Source of the DNA: Antedon mediterranea
Lineage: Eukaryota > Animalia > Echinodermata
NCBI RefSeq assembly: GCF_964355755.1
Contig: NC_092671.1
Location: 17,484,001 to 17,548,000 of the forward strand
Direction: 5' to 3'
DNA: 64,000 bases
The position numbers and the translations under genes are program-made. Below, one piece after another: positions 62,874-64,000 of the stretch; position 1 is the first letter of the stretch; the number at the start of each line of letters is the position of its first letter. The notes beneath the pieces were generated by a model. That model was not told where the DNA came from and made no database searches. It saw only the letters and a program-made list of their open reading frames with translations.

Positions 62874-64000
62874 TTATGAAGACTCAAGTACAAAATATTG
62901 TGGATTTTCAGCATCATTGTTATAAGCATTTGTACACCTCTTGCTTGGTATCACTGTGTCATCAATGACATGGTCAGCTATGTCATCTATAGTATAGTAC
63001 ACATCATCATCATCATCTGCCCTGCTCTGTAAGTTATCAGATGTATCCCTCTCTCTTACATCTGTATTTGCCTGTGGAACATTAATTGAATTGTCATACA
63101 CACTTGCATACTCCCTATTTCTTTCATAACGGACAGCATTTAATGGTTTGTTGTGATGTTTCCTTTTGAGGAGGTACAATAGTAGCAATATCACTGTAAA
63201 CCCCAATATGGTAGTTAATGTTGCCAATGGTAGGGCGGTTGTATTGATTCCTTGATTCTTGTTTTGAGATGCAGATTTCCGGGGAGTTGTCTTAGGTGGC
63301 TTGTGTGTAGTTTTTTCGGAGATTTCCTTTTTCCTATGATGACTCTGTGTCCATGTGCAAGGTAATTCATAGACAATAAATTCCACCTCATCTGAGATGT
63401 TCTTAGCATCAGTAATCACTATACACTTTACAGTGTGATGACCTGCTGGTAAATTATTAAAACATCTTTCATCTTTTACCTGGTTCTTGTTGACAAGTGT
63501 CTCTCCATTTAAGGTCCAACTGTGAATTTTCTTATCACCAGAACCACCTTCTACATGGCACTTGAAGCAATTCAATTTTTTTTCTTGTGTTCGATTTTGC
63601 AACCTTTTGATTTTTACGAATAATTGAGGATAAACCTTTAATATTTCTGTGTTGCATCGGCGATATTTTTTTAAATGCTCGAAAACACAGTAAAAGAATA
63701 TGCCATCTCCAGGTAGAAAACCAGTTAAAGTCTGAGCAAAAGTACTTGTTACATTGTGTGACTGTATTATGCTATATCTTCCTTGGATCCATCCAGTTGT
63801 GATTATCGTGTTGTTTCTGTTAATCTTGCATGTGATTTGTACTTCTTCTCTCTCTATAATGTTTTCAAAATGTTCACATGTAACAATCCAAAACGAATGT
63901 GGGTCTTTTTGAACAACATCAGCAGAAGGAACCAGATAATGTTTATTATCATCATCTTGACATGTGTGTAGTCCTACCTTTTGTTGTACATTATAATAAT
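62874..64000 (-). CDS. Ig-superfamily-like single-pass membrane receptor with Tyr-motif tail, 5'-partial (>=374 aa in one exon), nested antisense in an NBEAL intron
   Basis: The frame of ORF 62874..63602 stays open to the window edge. It reads ...KVGLHTCQD (end of domain 1), VQITCKI...GW...GDGIFFYC (domain 2), FKCHVEGG...SWTLNG...GHHTVKC (domain 3), a T/K/P stalk, TM ALPLATLTTILGFTVILLLLYLL followed by KRK, and a tail with 7 Tyr. Confidence 0.8.
   Translation of the reverse strand, partial: YYNVQQKVGLHTCQDDDNKHYLVPSADVVQKDPHSFWIVTCEHFENIIEREEVQITCKINRNNTIITTGWIQGRYSIIQSHNVTSTFAQTLTGFLPGDGIFFYCVFEHLKKYRRCNTEILKVYPQLFVKIKRLQNRTQEKKLNCFKCHVEGGSGDKKIHSWTLNGETLVNKNQVKDERCFNNLPAGHHTVKCIVITDAKNISDEVEFIVYELPCTWTQSHHRKKEISEKTTHKPPKTTPRKSASQNKNQGINTTALPLATLTTILGFTVILLLLYLLKRKHHNKPLNAVRYERNREYASVYDNSINVPQANTDVRERDTSDNLQSRADDDDDVYYTIDDIADHVIDDTVIPSKRCTNAYNNDAENPQYFVLESS

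Overview
AT-rich animal genomic DNA, probably an invertebrate deuterostome such as an echinoderm (inferred from repeat types and composition only). From left to right: (1) the 5' end of an unidentified minus-strand gene running off the window; (2) a tandem cytosolic sulfotransferase array with a collapsed remnant, a pseudogene and an intact 6-exon, 294-aa gene; (3) the first 27 coding exons (about 1516 aa) of a neurobeachin-like NBEAL1/2 orthologue on the + strand from 15922, continuing past the window end. NBEAL intron 2 holds an apparently intact and very recent DIRS1-type tyrosine-recombinase retrotransposon (22838-28200) inserted into a non-autonomous Helitron. Its gag and recombinase ORFs are in frame and separated by a single UGA-CGG followed by a stem-loop. 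The last NBEAL intron contains an antisense cluster of intronless Ig-superfamily-like membrane receptor genes with tyrosine-motif tails: one open copy, one pseudogene and several fragments. The remainder is LINE fragments, tRNA-, 5S- and Deu/Nin-type SINEs, MITEs and unusual (TA)n-centred palindromic elements. All calls were made by eye, with no database searches.
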